A stretch of DNA of 16,954 bases from Sulfurimonadaceae bacterium (GTDB lineage: Bacteria; Campylobacterota; Campylobacteria; Campylobacterales; Sulfurimonadaceae). The notes beneath the pieces were generated by a model. It was given only the letters and a program-made list of their open reading frames with translations, did no database searches and had not been told where the DNA came from. Below are positions 8,845 to 16,954 of the stretch, piece after piece. Each line of letters opens with the position of its first letter. Positions within the stretch are counted from its first letter, which is position 1. Made by a program: the position numbers and the translations under genes. The stretch lies in the NCBI GenBank assembly GCA_041562555.1, contig JBFEXS010000039.1:1-16954 (forward strand), given 5' to 3'.

Positions 8845-9711
8845 TTGACAAAAATGACAATCGCACACTCTCCCGATGCCGATGATATTTTTATGTATTA
8901 TGCGATCAAGTTCGGCTGGGTTACCCAGGAGGATGTTGAATTTGACAACCTTGCTCTGGACATTGAGACACTCAATGTGGAAGCTCTTGCAGGAACCTAT
9001 GACATCTCTGCTATCTCCTTTGCCCTGCTACCCCTTATTAAAGATGATTATGCACTCTTGCGTACTGCGGTCAGTTTCGGTGAAGGGTATGGGCCTAAAC
9101 TCATCAAACGCAAGGGTGAATCCCTCAAGCGTAATTTTAAAGTTGCCCTAAGCGGGAAATATACCACCAATGCGCTGCTTTTTCGTATCGCCTATCCGGA
9201 TGCCCGCATAAGCTATATGAACTTTTTGGATATTGAGGAGGCTGTACGTAGCGGCGAGGTACATGCAGGGGTACTTATCCATGAAAGTATCCTGACATTT
9301 GGTGATGAACTGGAGGTCGAAAAAGAGCTTTGGGATGTATGGCAGGAGTTATGTGAAGACAAGACCCTTCCCCTGCCCCTTGGAGGCATGGCTATCCGTC
9401 GTTCTATTCCTTTGGCCAAAGCAATCGCCTATGAAGAGACCCTCACAAAAGCCGTACAGGTCGCGAGAGATCGTAAAGAGGAGCTCTGTAAACTTTTGGT
9501 AGAACAGAATTTGGTACGTATTGAAGGTAAAACCCTCGACAAATACCTAGAACTCTATGCGAACGATGACTCCGTCTCTTTATCCCCACTACAATACAAG
9601 GCCATCGACAAACTCTATGAACTTGGGTACCAACACGGCTACTACAGTGAGCTTATCAAAGCTGAAGACCACACTATTCCTCTTGAATATAAAGATCTAA
9701 GGAACTCATAA
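8845..9711 (+). CDS. mqnD: Futalosine-pathway menaquinone enzyme, 1,4-dihydroxy-6-naphthoate synthase (MqnA/MqnD family)
   Basis: AHSPDADDIFM, DIETLN, GEGYGP, GVLIHE and LPLPLGG. Adjacent to recA as in other Campylobacterota. TTG start 6 nt after AGGA. Confidence 0.88.
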   Translation: MTKMTIAHSPDADDIFMYYAIKFGWVTQEDVEFDNLALDIETLNVEALAGTYDISAISFALLPLIKDDYALLRTAVSFGEGYGPKLIKRKGESLKRNFKVALSGKYTTNALLFRIAYPDARISYMNFLDIEEAVRSGEVHAGVLIHESILTFGDELEVEKELWDVWQELCEDKTLPLPLGGMAIRRSIPLAKAIAYEETLTKAVQVARDRKEELCKLLVEQNLVRIEGKTLDKYLELYANDDSVSLSPLQYKAIDKLYELGYQHGYYSELIKAEDHTIPLEYKDLRNS

Positions 9712-9977
9712 TGGATTCACAACTCGTTGCTCTTGGTGTCGAGACCTTCAAGATAGCCCTTTACCTTGCACTTCCGGGTCTTATGGTCGGTATGCTCTTG
9801 GGGCTTGCCGTAAGTATCTTTCAAGCAACGACACAGATCAATGAGATGACGCTCTCTTTTATTCCGAAGATTATTGGCGTTGTCATCGTCATCATCCTTA
9901 CTATGCCCTGGATGCTGAATATGATGACTGAGTTTACGATCCGAATCTTTGAGATGATCCCGGAGTTTGTCAGCTAA
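9711..9977 (+). CDS. fliQ: Flagellar export apparatus protein FliQ
   Basis: 88-aa hydrophobic protein with VSIFQATTQINEMTLSFIPK. TAATG stop/start overlaps at both ends. Confidence 0.97.
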   Translation: MDSQLVALGVETFKIALYLALPGLMVGMLLGLAVSIFQATTQINEMTLSFIPKIIGVVIVIILTMPWMLNMMTEFTIRIFEMIPEFVS

Positions 9978-10783
9978 TGGCATATAAGCAGATCGACTTT
10001 TCCAAATACGCTTCATTGAAAATCGGGCCTGTCGCAGAGGTCTATATCATCGAAGACCTCTCCTATCCGAAAGATCATTATATGCTGGGACAGTGCAATA
10101 ATGTACTGATCGGTCCCCAACACCCTCCGTTGATGATGCTGGGAAAAAGTTTTGATTACATCAAGGTAGAAGATGGTCTCCTCTGTGTCGGTGCCGCGAC
10201 TCCCGGCGGAAAGCTTCTCTCCTATTGCAAAAAACATGATATCAGACACTTTGAACTGCTTCCCAAACTGCCAGGAAACATCGGAGGTATGATCAAGATG
10301 AATGCCGGGCTAAAAGAGTATGAGATCTTTAATCACCTGCATTCAATCGTCACTGAAAAGGGTATCCTTCTAAAAAAGGACATTCCCCACGGATATCGCT
10401 GGACAGACTTTGAAGGGGTGGTCTTTGAAGCCCGTTTCGAGATACATCACGGTTTCAATGAAGAACATCTGGAGATGTTTAAAAAGATGCGTGACAATCA
10501 ACCTTTGGATCCTTCCGCCGGCAGCTGTTTTAAAAATCCGAAAGATGATTCTGCCGGTCGATTGATACAAGAAGCCGGTCTAAAAGGGCATCGCATAGGA
10601 GGCATGGCCTTCAGTGAGAAACATGCGAATTTTTTAGTCAATTTGGATCATGGGAACTTTGATGAGGCAATGGAATTAATACTTTTAGCACAAAAAGAGG
10701 TCTATCAACAGTTTGGAGTAAGTCTGGAGAATGAAGTAATTATCGTGGATGAAAGATACAGAGGAGAGATTTCTCCTCTGTAG
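9977..10783 (+). CDS. murB: UDP-N-acetylenolpyruvoylglucosamine reductase
   Basis: SLKIG, PGNIGGMIKMNAG, QP..PSAGSCFKNP, AGRLI, SEKHANF and LENEV. Confidence 0.96.
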   Translation: MAYKQIDFSKYASLKIGPVAEVYIIEDLSYPKDHYMLGQCNNVLIGPQHPPLMMLGKSFDYIKVEDGLLCVGAATPGGKLLSYCKKHDIRHFELLPKLPGNIGGMIKMNAGLKEYEIFNHLHSIVTEKGILLKKDIPHGYRWTDFEGVVFEARFEIHHGFNEEHLEMFKKMRDNQPLDPSAGSCFKNPKDDSAGRLIQEAGLKGHRIGGMAFSEKHANFLVNLDHGNFDEAMELILLAQKEVYQQFGVSLENEVIIVDERYRGEISPL

Positions 10784-10796
10784 TGAATACGTCAGA

Positions 10797-11510
10797 TTAA
10801 AATCTTACTGTAGCACCAAAATAGACACCGTCTACATCAACATCAGCACTTGTGCTTAGACCACTGAAGTCACTCGCATCAATATCAATTGACTGAACAC
10901 GATATCCCAGCTCTAGACCAACATCTACCGGTAAGATATCCACTAATGTATAATCTATCTTGATCTCTGCATCACTTAAACCTGTATCTTTGTACTTGAT
11001 ATATTTTGCAATACCTTCAAGACCGATATCAGTTCCTGGGATCTCTACACGAAGACGTCCGTATGCAGCTGGAAGCACTAAGTTCTCATTTTCATTCAGA
11101 CCGATCGCGTCTGATCTGAATGTTGCATCTACCTGCTTAACATCTAGACCGATATCTACCGTTGTCCAAAATGTATTGTCCAAGATGTTGTAGTATAAGA
11201 TAGCGTCAAGCTGCTTAAGACTAACCTGGTTGTTTGATCCGGCTACGACACCTTGAAAATCTACATCTGCATATTCCAGACGAAGGTTAGGAAGCACCGG
11301 TACAGGATGTTTGACAAATGCCCATGCATATACTTGTTCCTCTGTATCAAGACCAAGGGTATCCTCTGTTACCGTGATCCCGCTATTTGTGATCGTTCCC
11401 GTCAAGTCTTGTTGCCACATACCGACGCCTGCTTCAACACGGACGATATCCGCCTGTGCACCTACACCTAAAAGTCCTGCTAAAAGTAGTCCTGATAAGA
11501 TTTTATTCAT
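10797..11510 (-). CDS. Outer-membrane beta-barrel protein, TIGR04219-like
   Basis: Signal peptide ending AQA, HPVPVLPNLRL motif, LYYNILDN, amphipathic beta-strands and a C-terminal beta-signal ending in Phe (GVYFGATVRF). Confidence 0.8.
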   Translation of the reverse strand: MNKILSGLLLAGLLGVGAQADIVRVEAGVGMWQQDLTGTITNSGITVTEDTLGLDTEEQVYAWAFVKHPVPVLPNLRLEYADVDFQGVVAGSNNQVSLKQLDAILYYNILDNTFWTTVDIGLDVKQVDATFRSDAIGLNENENLVLPAAYGRLRVEIPGTDIGLEGIAKYIKYKDTGLSDAEIKIDYTLVDILPVDVGLELGYRVQSIDIDASDFSGLSTSADVDVDGVYFGATVRF

Positions 11511-11515
11511 ATTTG

Positions 11516-11546
11516 CTCCTTGAATACAATTGCGGATATCATATCA
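11516..11546 (-). promoter_or_regulatory. Extended -10 promoter and RBS of the outer-membrane protein gene
   Basis: Minus strand TG-A-TATGAT at 11546-11538 and AAGGAG at 11521-11516. Confidence 0.6.
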
Positions 11547-11628
11547 TAAATAATTCTTCGTACGGTAACAGTAGAGGTTTTTTGGGGCTTAAAAAAGAAA
11601 AAGTGTAAAAAAGGAAGAGTTCTGTAAA

Positions 11629-11664
11629 CCTGTACAGAAAAGCCTAAAAAGCTTTTCTGTCAGG
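11629..11664 (-). terminator. Probable intrinsic terminator hairpin after tpx
   Basis: CCTG(T)ACAGAAAAGC-N7-GCTTTTCTGTCAGG forms a 14-bp stem with one bulge, 22 nt past the tpx stop. The minus strand then reads UUU and a long pyrimidine-rich tract. Confidence 0.7.
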
Positions 11665-11686
11665 CGCTGATTGAGAAAATTTCTGC

Positions 11687-12190
11687 TTAGCTTACTGCTG
11701 CAAGAGCTGCATCATAATTAGGCTCTTCAGTGATCTCTGGAACGATCTCTTTGTAAGTAACAACACCCTCTTCGTTTACAGCAAAGATAGCTCTACATGT
11801 AACACCTGCAAGAACAGATCCACCAAGAAGAACACCATAAGCATTAGCAAAATCTTTGTTACGGAAATCAGATGCTACCGTTAACTTGTCGATTCCTTCA
11901 GCTGAACAGAAACGTCCTGAAGCAAATGGTAGGTCAAGAGATACAACAGTAACGTCTACACCCTCAAGTGAAGCAGCTTTTGCATTGAAGTTACGAGTTT
12001 CAGTAGCACATACACCTGTATCAAGTGAAGGAACAACAATGATAAGTTGTTTTTTACCAGAAGCGCCACCAACAGTAACGTCACCAAGACCATCTGAGTT
12101 TACCACTGTGATTGCCGGAGCTTTGTCACCTACATTGATTTGTGTACCTACTAGTTCTACGTCAGTACCTTTGAATTTAGTTGTTGCCAT
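11687..12190 (-). CDS. tpx: Thiol peroxidase (atypical 2-Cys peroxiredoxin)
   Basis: VPSLDTGVCA peroxidatic Cys, SLDLPFASGRFC resolving Cys, and EITEEPNYDAAL. Confidence 0.96.
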   Translation of the reverse strand: MATTKFKGTDVELVGTQINVGDKAPAITVVNSDGLGDVTVGGASGKKQLIIVVPSLDTGVCATETRNFNAKAASLEGVDVTVVSLDLPFASGRFCSAEGIDKLTVASDFRNKDFANAYGVLLGGSVLAGVTCRAIFAVNEEGVVTYKEIVPEITEEPNYDAALAAVS

Positions 12191-12327
12191 GTTTTACATT
12201 CCTAAGTAATAATTTGATATTGAAAGTCTACTTAAATCGGATAATATCACTCTTAATTATATTGGGTTCGGTTTTGCTTAAGCTAATTTTAATATTTAAA
12301 CATAGATATTCAATTCAGCAAAAACAC

Positions 12328-13305
12328 CTATAAAGAGGTTCGAGGCTCCGTCTTCACCTCATCCAACGGTGTAAACTGTTCTCTTGTATACATCTCGATT
12401 GCCACCCGACCTATCATCGCTGCATTGTCCGAACAATATTTCAATTCCGCCAGGGAGAGTGTCGCCCCAAAAGGTTCCAGCAAGACCTCGATCTTCTCGC
12501 GTAGATACAGATTTGCAGATGCTCCTCCAACGATCGCAAAATGTTGCGGTGGATTCGTCTTGAAATATTTCTTGAGTTTTTGCAAAAGGTGTCCTACTGC
12601 TGCCTTTTGAAATGAAGCTGCAACATCCGGAAAATCTTTTTCTTCCGCCTCCAAAGTCACCAAGCGCACTGCATTTTTCAGCCCCGAATAGGAAAAAGCG
12701 ATCATCGGCGATTGTGAAAGCGGCAGAGGCATTGGGTAGCGGTCTTCATCTCCTTCCTTGGCCATCTTCTCGATTATTGGCCCGCCCGGGTAGCCCAGGT
12801 GCATCATCTTGGAGACCTTATCAAAACTTTCACCAAAACTGTCATCCATCGTCGTAGCGACCATCTCCATCTCATCCAGACTCTTTACCTCGATGACCTG
12901 TGTATGCCCGCCGGAGACCAAGAGCACCGTCTGGGGAAAGCGCGCCTCTTTTTCGATAAAAAGTGAATAGATATGTCCCTTGAGGTGGTTCACAGCAATA
13001 AGGGGGATATCCAGGGAAAGACATAAGGCCTTAGCCATACTAACGCCTTCTACAAGTGTGACATTAAGCCCCGGGGCTGTCGTTACTGCGATCGCCTTAA
13101 GATCCTTGAAATAAGGTTTACACTCCTCAAGTATCTTCGGAAGTGCCTCTGCATGCAGTCGTGAAGCAAGTTCCGGCACGACGCCCCCATACACTGAATG
13201 TTCCAGTTCTTGAGAGATCTTCTTATGGTAAAGAAGCTTTTTTGTCCCGATATCTGTGATCGCGATTGAGCTGTCATCACAGGAACTCTCTATTGACAAG
13301 ATCAT
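12328..13305 (-). CDS. tsaD: tRNA N6-threonylcarbamoyladenosine transferase TsaD
   Basis: [28 protein letters not shown] metal site, [23 protein letters not shown] and DNAAMI. Confidence 0.97.
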   Translation of the reverse strand: MILSIESSCDDSSIAITDIGTKKLLYHKKISQELEHSVYGGVVPELASRLHAEALPKILEECKPYFKDLKAIAVTTAPGLNVTLVEGVSMAKALCLSLDIPLIAVNHLKGHIYSLFIEKEARFPQTVLLVSGGHTQVIEVKSLDEMEMVATTMDDSFGESFDKVSKMMHLGYPGGPIIEKMAKEGDEDRYPMPLPLSQSPMIAFSYSGLKNAVRLVTLEAEEKDFPDVAASFQKAAVGHLLQKLKKYFKTNPPQHFAIVGGASANLYLREKIEVLLEPFGATLSLAELKYCSDNAAMIGRVAIEMYTREQFTPLDEVKTEPRTSL

Positions 13306-13850
13306 TCAAAACTTCCTTTTTTCACCCATTCGAGTACCCATGGCCATTCACCATAATTGCTGTCAGCATTCAGATGTCCGCCATTTTCTATCACCTTCAT
13401 TGGAACACTTAGCGCTATACGCATAGCCGTTGCTTCTTCTTGTGTCAAATACGGGTCATCCGTAGATGTGACTAAAAGCACCTCTTTGGCAAACAGTTTT
13501 TTCGGATAGGGTGCAGGGTAAAAAGTCTTGATCGGTTTAAGATCGAGATCCATTCTTGGGGGTGAGACCAGAAGCAATCGCTCTACCCCATCAATCTCCC
13601 CCTCTTCACACAGATGAAACCATAATGAATTGGCCATCGAATGACAGATCACAAGCTCCGGCTTAAACTCTTCCAAGATAGCTTTCACCTGCTTCATCCA
13701 ACGGTTTTTTGTCGGAAAATGGGGATTGTCCAGAAGAGGGAAATAGACCTCTCCGTAATCCTTGGCGATTTCACCTGCCAGCCAGGATTGCCAATGGGGA
13801 TAGTCACTTCCTCCCCAACCGTGTAAAATCAATGTCTTAGGCCTTGACAT
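13302..13850 (-). CDS. RBBP9/YdeN-family alpha/beta serine hydrolase
   Basis: [12 protein letters not shown], nucleophile elbow CHSMA, STDDPY and GGHLN, giving a Ser-Asp-His triad. Confidence 0.87.
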   Translation of the reverse strand: MSRPKTLILHGWGGSDYPHWQSWLAGEIAKDYGEVYFPLLDNPHFPTKNRWMKQVKAILEEFKPELVICHSMANSLWFHLCEEGEIDGVERLLLVSPPRMDLDLKPIKTFYPAPYPKKLFAKEVLLVTSTDDPYLTQEEATAMRIALSVPMKVIENGGHLNADSNYGEWPWVLEWVKKGSFE

Positions 13851-14904
13851 ATCTTCTCACCTCTTTATCCAGTTCAAAAACCTCATCCAGGCTCTGCACC
13901 TCATTGTCAAAGTGTTCATAGGCTGCGATGATCTTCTTTGATATATCCAGAAAGCTGCATCTGCCTGCGACAAAGAGCTCAATGGCCGCTTCGTTGGCAG
14001 CATTGATGACCAGACCCCTTTTAGGATGCTTCAACAAGTCCTCTTTGATCTCCCAGATAGGGTAACGCTCAGGAGTGATCTCTCTAAATTCCAGACTGCC
14101 GACCTCCAAGAGGTTCACCGGTTTAAGTATCTGTTTGTCCACTTTTCCCATTACTGCATAGGCGATGGGCAACTGCATGTTTGCATGGGCAAAATGAGCA
14201 GTTGTCGATCCATCTTTAAAATCAATCAGAGCATGGATCAGTGATTGGGTTTCTATGATCGCATCATATTGCCCCTCGCCAAAAAGCCAACGTGCCTCCA
14301 AAAGTTCAAACATCTTGTTGACCATCGATGCGGAATCAATCGTGATCTTTTGTCCCATCGACCAATTGGGATGCTTGAGTGCATCCTGAAGGGTCGCCTG
14401 CTGCAGTCTCTCTATCGGCCAATCCCTAAAGGCACCGCCAGAAGCGGTGATCACCATCTTGTCCACAGGACGATTGTCATTCAAGAGATACCATAGGCCA
14501 AAATGCTCAGAGTCAATCGGCTGGATCATATGCGTATCGATAAAAGCCCCGGCAGCGACCAAAGACTCTTTATTCGCCAAGGCGACTTTTTTCCCACATT
14601 CTATGGCTTTAAGGGTCGGTTTTAAACCCAAAAAACCTACAAGGGCATTAATCACCAAAGAAGAAGCGGAACTCTCTATCGCCTCAAGTATACCGTCCTG
14701 TCCAAAACGTACCAAAGGATGATTCACCCGCGCGACATCCTCTTGGGCATCCACGACTACCATTCGTGGAGAAAACTCTGCGATCTGCTGATTTAAAAGC
14801 TCAATACTTTTACCTGCAACCAGCACATCGATAGTAAGATTAAAATCTCTGGCAATCTCTAAAGTATTTTTGCCAATAGAACCCGTTGAACCAAGCAGTA
14901 CCAA
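13837..14904 (-). CDS. dxr: 1-deoxy-D-xylulose-5-phosphate reductoisomerase
   Basis: LGSTGSIG, LANKE, PIDSEH, TASGG, HPNWSMGQKITIDSA and NAANE. TTG start directly abuts the cdsA stop. Confidence 0.98.
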   Translation of the reverse strand: MVLLGSTGSIGKNTLEIARDFNLTIDVLVAGKSIELLNQQIAEFSPRMVVVDAQEDVARVNHPLVRFGQDGILEAIESSASSLVINALVGFLGLKPTLKAIECGKKVALANKESLVAAGAFIDTHMIQPIDSEHFGLWYLLNDNRPVDKMVITASGGAFRDWPIERLQQATLQDALKHPNWSMGQKITIDSASMVNKMFELLEARWLFGEGQYDAIIETQSLIHALIDFKDGSTTAHFAHANMQLPIAYAVMGKVDKQILKPVNLLEVGSLEFREITPERYPIWEIKEDLLKHPKRGLVINAANEAAIELFVAGRCSFLDISKKIIAAYEHFDNEVQSLDEVFELDKEVRRYVKA

Positions 14905-15669
14905 TTAGACTAGGCCTCTGAGCAATACAAGCATGATGATCCCCGCAAACAGATATCCATCAACACGATCAAGGATCCCTCCATGCCCCGGAAGGATATC
15001 TCCGCTGTCTTTGACCCCTGCCTTACGTTTCAGATAGGACTCAAACAGGTCTCCAAAGACCGATGCGATACCTGATAACAGTGAGATGACGATGGCCTTA
15101 TCCATATCTACAAAACTGACACCTACAAAAAAACCGGCCGCTGTCGCGATCGTCACACCGCCAATGACACCCTCAAGTGTCTTGTTTGGTGATGTCTCGC
15201 AAAACTTGGTCTTACCGATACTCTTACCTACAAAATAAGCTCCGACATCCGCACCCGCTACAACGACGAGAAGCCAGAAAAGCGCGATCACACCGTATTC
15301 GCTGTACAAGGTCAATAAGAATAAAAAACTTGCCGTAGGGTAGATAAAGGGATAGAAATATTTCGATTTCAGCTCGTTGGTATACGCCAATACCGATCCG
15401 AAGATCACTGCTGCGATAAAGAACAGGTCATCTGCATATGGATAGAAACCTGCTACGACCCAAAGGATAACTGCATAGGCATATAAGGTATTGTTTTCAA
15501 TACCAAAAAGCTTATTAGCCTCATAAAACGAAAGCATATAAAGTCCGCCAAAAACCAGCCACATTACGAAAAAATTATCAATTAAACCAATAACAATGAT
15601 TGCTGCTAGCAGGGCCAAACCAGTTGTGATACGCTGGGGGTCAATTCCCTTCTTCTCAAGCCAATCCAT
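14905..15669 (-). CDS. cdsA: Phosphatidate cytidylyltransferase
   Basis: Multi-TM protein with SPNKTLEG and GDLFESYLKRKAGVKDSGDILPGHGGILDRVD. Confidence 0.97.
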   Translation of the reverse strand: MDWLEKKGIDPQRITTGLALLAAIIVIGLIDNFFVMWLVFGGLYMLSFYEANKLFGIENNTLYAYAVILWVVAGFYPYADDLFFIAAVIFGSVLAYTNELKSKYFYPFIYPTASFLFLLTLYSEYGVIALFWLLVVVAGADVGAYFVGKSIGKTKFCETSPNKTLEGVIGGVTIATAAGFFVGVSFVDMDKAIVISLLSGIASVFGDLFESYLKRKAGVKDSGDILPGHGGILDRVDGYLFAGIIMLVLLRGLV

Positions 15670-15674
15670 TAACG

Positions 15675-15703
15675 TCCTTATCTATATAGTTAAACGCATT
15701 ATA
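15675..15703 (-). promoter_or_regulatory. Putative -10 and RBS for the cdsA-dxr-hydrolase-tsaD operon
   Basis: Minus-strand TATAAT at 15703-15698 and AAGGA at 15679-15675. Confidence 0.6.
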
Positions 15704-15743
15704 TCGCATTAAACTAAGGTAACTTTTTAAATGAAGCTGCAGA

Positions 15744-16376
15744 TCAATACATCGTATTAATCTGTGTCGAACTCGAAGCATTGACTCTGAACCATCCCGC
15801 AATAGAGTATCTGTCTTTGTAGCTTGGCAGGACTTCATGGGGGAACTTTTCGCTCAAAAAGATCACCATTCTTCCCCTCTTTGGGATGACTTTTTCGATA
15901 ACATCCTTACCTCTCTCATCATATATAAGAAGTTCTCCGCCATCTTCATCATTCCAGTCGGGCGTCAGATAAAAAACCGTTGTCAACATCCGGTTATTAC
16001 TTCCGCGCAGGACATCCGAGTGTTTTTTATAGAATGCACCTTTGGCGTAATGGGCAAAATGGGCTTCATAATCAAACAAACCTAAAAACAGCTCCCTATT
16101 CATCCCTCTGCGCAAAGACTCCATCCATTCCAGATAAACCCTTTCGCAAGCTTCTTCTCCCTCCAGCCATGCTGTCTTGTCCGAACGTACCCTACTGTTT
16201 TGATGCTGCTCGACACCGCGACCTATGTGAGCTTCCCTCAAAGATTCAAGTCCGCATACAGTTTGATAGAGGTCATCTACCAAGCTTGTCTCAAGGATAT
16301 CATCGATAATAATATACCCTTGTTGCGCCAGGGAATCAGCGATCTTGACCACTATTGCTTCGTTTATCTCATTCAT
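15744..16376 (-). CDS. 2OG-Fe(II) oxygenase of the EGLN/PHD (SM-20, PPHD-like) prolyl-hydroxylase type
   Basis: RSDKTAW, H119-x-D121 in FYKKHSD, VFYL..DW...DGGEL, H180 in FPHEVLP and R189 in RYSIAGWF. Confidence 0.88.
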   Translation of the reverse strand: MNEINEAIVVKIADSLAQQGYIIIDDILETSLVDDLYQTVCGLESLREAHIGRGVEQHQNSRVRSDKTAWLEGEEACERVYLEWMESLRRGMNRELFLGLFDYEAHFAHYAKGAFYKKHSDVLRGSNNRMLTTVFYLTPDWNDEDGGELLIYDERGKDVIEKVIPKRGRMVIFLSEKFPHEVLPSYKDRYSIAGWFRVNASSSTQINTMY

Positions 16377-16382
16377 GGGAGG

Positions 16383-16388
16383 ATTGTA
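16383..16388 (-). promoter_or_regulatory. -10 element of a probable leaderless transcript
   Basis: Minus strand reads TACAAT-cctccc-ATG with no Shine-Dalgarno. Confidence 0.6.
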
Positions 16389-16455
16389 TATCAGTTCAAA
16401 TTAGGTACCTATTAAAACATTCCTCTTGCATCTCAACTTTCTCATATCTTCCCTA

Positions 16456-16494
16456 TGCTATAATCGCGGAATTAATTTCTTAGTCCTTCAGGAG
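16456..16494 (+). promoter_or_regulatory. Extended -10 promoter and RBS of purM
   Basis: TG-C-TATAAT at 16456-16464 and AGGAG at 16490-16494. Confidence 0.75.
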
Positions 16495-16499
16495 CAAAA

Positions 16500-16954
16500 A
16501 TGAGCCAAATCTCATACAAAGACGCCGGTGTTGATATCGATGCGGGGAACAGTTTTGTTGACAATATCAAGCCGATTGTAAAATCTACCTTTACCCCTAA
16601 TGTTTTAGGAGGGATCGGTTCATTTGCCGGGGCCTTTGAGCTTCCCGCGGGATACAAAGAACCTGTGATGCTTGCAGCGACGGACGGTGTCGGGACAAAA
16701 CTGAAACTTGCTATCGACAGCGGTAAACACGATACTGTCGGTATTGACCTTGTTGCTATGTGTGTGAATGACCTGATCTGTAACTGGGGAACACCCTCTT
16801 TTTTCCTGGACTATTATGCAACAGCCAAGCTTAGTGTAGATGAAGCGACAGCCGTTGTTTCAGGTATTGCTGAAGGATGTAGACAATCAGAATGCTCACT
16901 CATCGGTGGTGAGACAGCTGAAATGCCGGGACTGTATTCTAAAGGTGACTATGA
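16500..16954 (+). CDS. purM: Phosphoribosylformylglycinamidine cyclo-ligase (AIR synthase), 5' part, runs off the window
   Basis: Not in the ORF track because it has no stop. Manual translation from ATG 16500 gives [17 protein letters not shown]...TDGVGTKL...[11 protein letters not shown]...FFLDYYA...[11 protein letters not shown]. Confidence 0.97.
   Translation, partial: MSQISYKDAGVDIDAGNSFVDNIKPIVKSTFTPNVLGGIGSFAGAFELPAGYKEPVMLAATDGVGTKLKLAIDSGKHDTVGIDLVAMCVNDLICNWGTPSFFLDYYATAKLSVDEATAVVSGIAEGCRQSECSLIGGETAEMPGLYSKGDY

Noticed and set aside
9711..9977. fliQ isolated from other flagellar genes
   Set aside because: Scattered flagellar genes and fliQ-murB linkage are normal in Campylobacterota.
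12191..12327. Possible Fur/PerR box upstream of tpx (GATAAT at 12240-12245)
   Set aside because: Only a half-site in very AT-rich DNA, without a properly spaced inverted partner.
67..16657. Many 60-136 aa alternative-frame and antisense ORFs in the track (for example 3529-3939, 11856-12209, 16472-16657)
   Set aside because: They lie within or opposite well-supported genes and have no recognisable motifs. They are shadow ORFs; 16472-16657 is antisense to purM.
1..16954. CRISPR arrays, IS elements, prophage, tRNA/rRNA, inteins, defence or toxin-antitoxin genes
   Set aside because: No spaced repeats, transposase or integrase motifs, or cloverleaf structures were seen. The largest intergenic gap is about 240 bp, and RecA and TopA are normal length.

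Overview
A gene-dense, mostly housekeeping window from a Campylobacterota (epsilon-proteobacterial) chromosome, probably a free-living Sulfurimonas/Sulfurovum-type lineage (inferred from gene order, proteins and promoter style). Plus strand: topA, a YfcE-type metallophosphoesterase, bioB and a CPA2 antiporter. These converge on a minus-strand recA-eno-ftsB-AMIN-aroK block. Divergent from recA are mqnD-fliQ-murB. Minus strand next: a beta-barrel outer-membrane protein, tpx, and a cdsA-dxr-YdeN hydrolase-tsaD operon preceded by a PHD/EGLN-type 2OG-Fe(II) oxygenase. The window ends in a partial, divergent purM. I saw no mobile element, CRISPR array, tRNA or rRNA, and I cannot support a novel multi-gene system. 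Best leads: (1) a prolyl-hydroxylase-like oxygenase with a leaderless-mRNA signature, (2) a BioB whose canonical [2Fe-2S] ligands appear largely substituted, (3) stacked inverted repeats and a perfect 16-bp palindrome in the recA/mqnD intergenic region.
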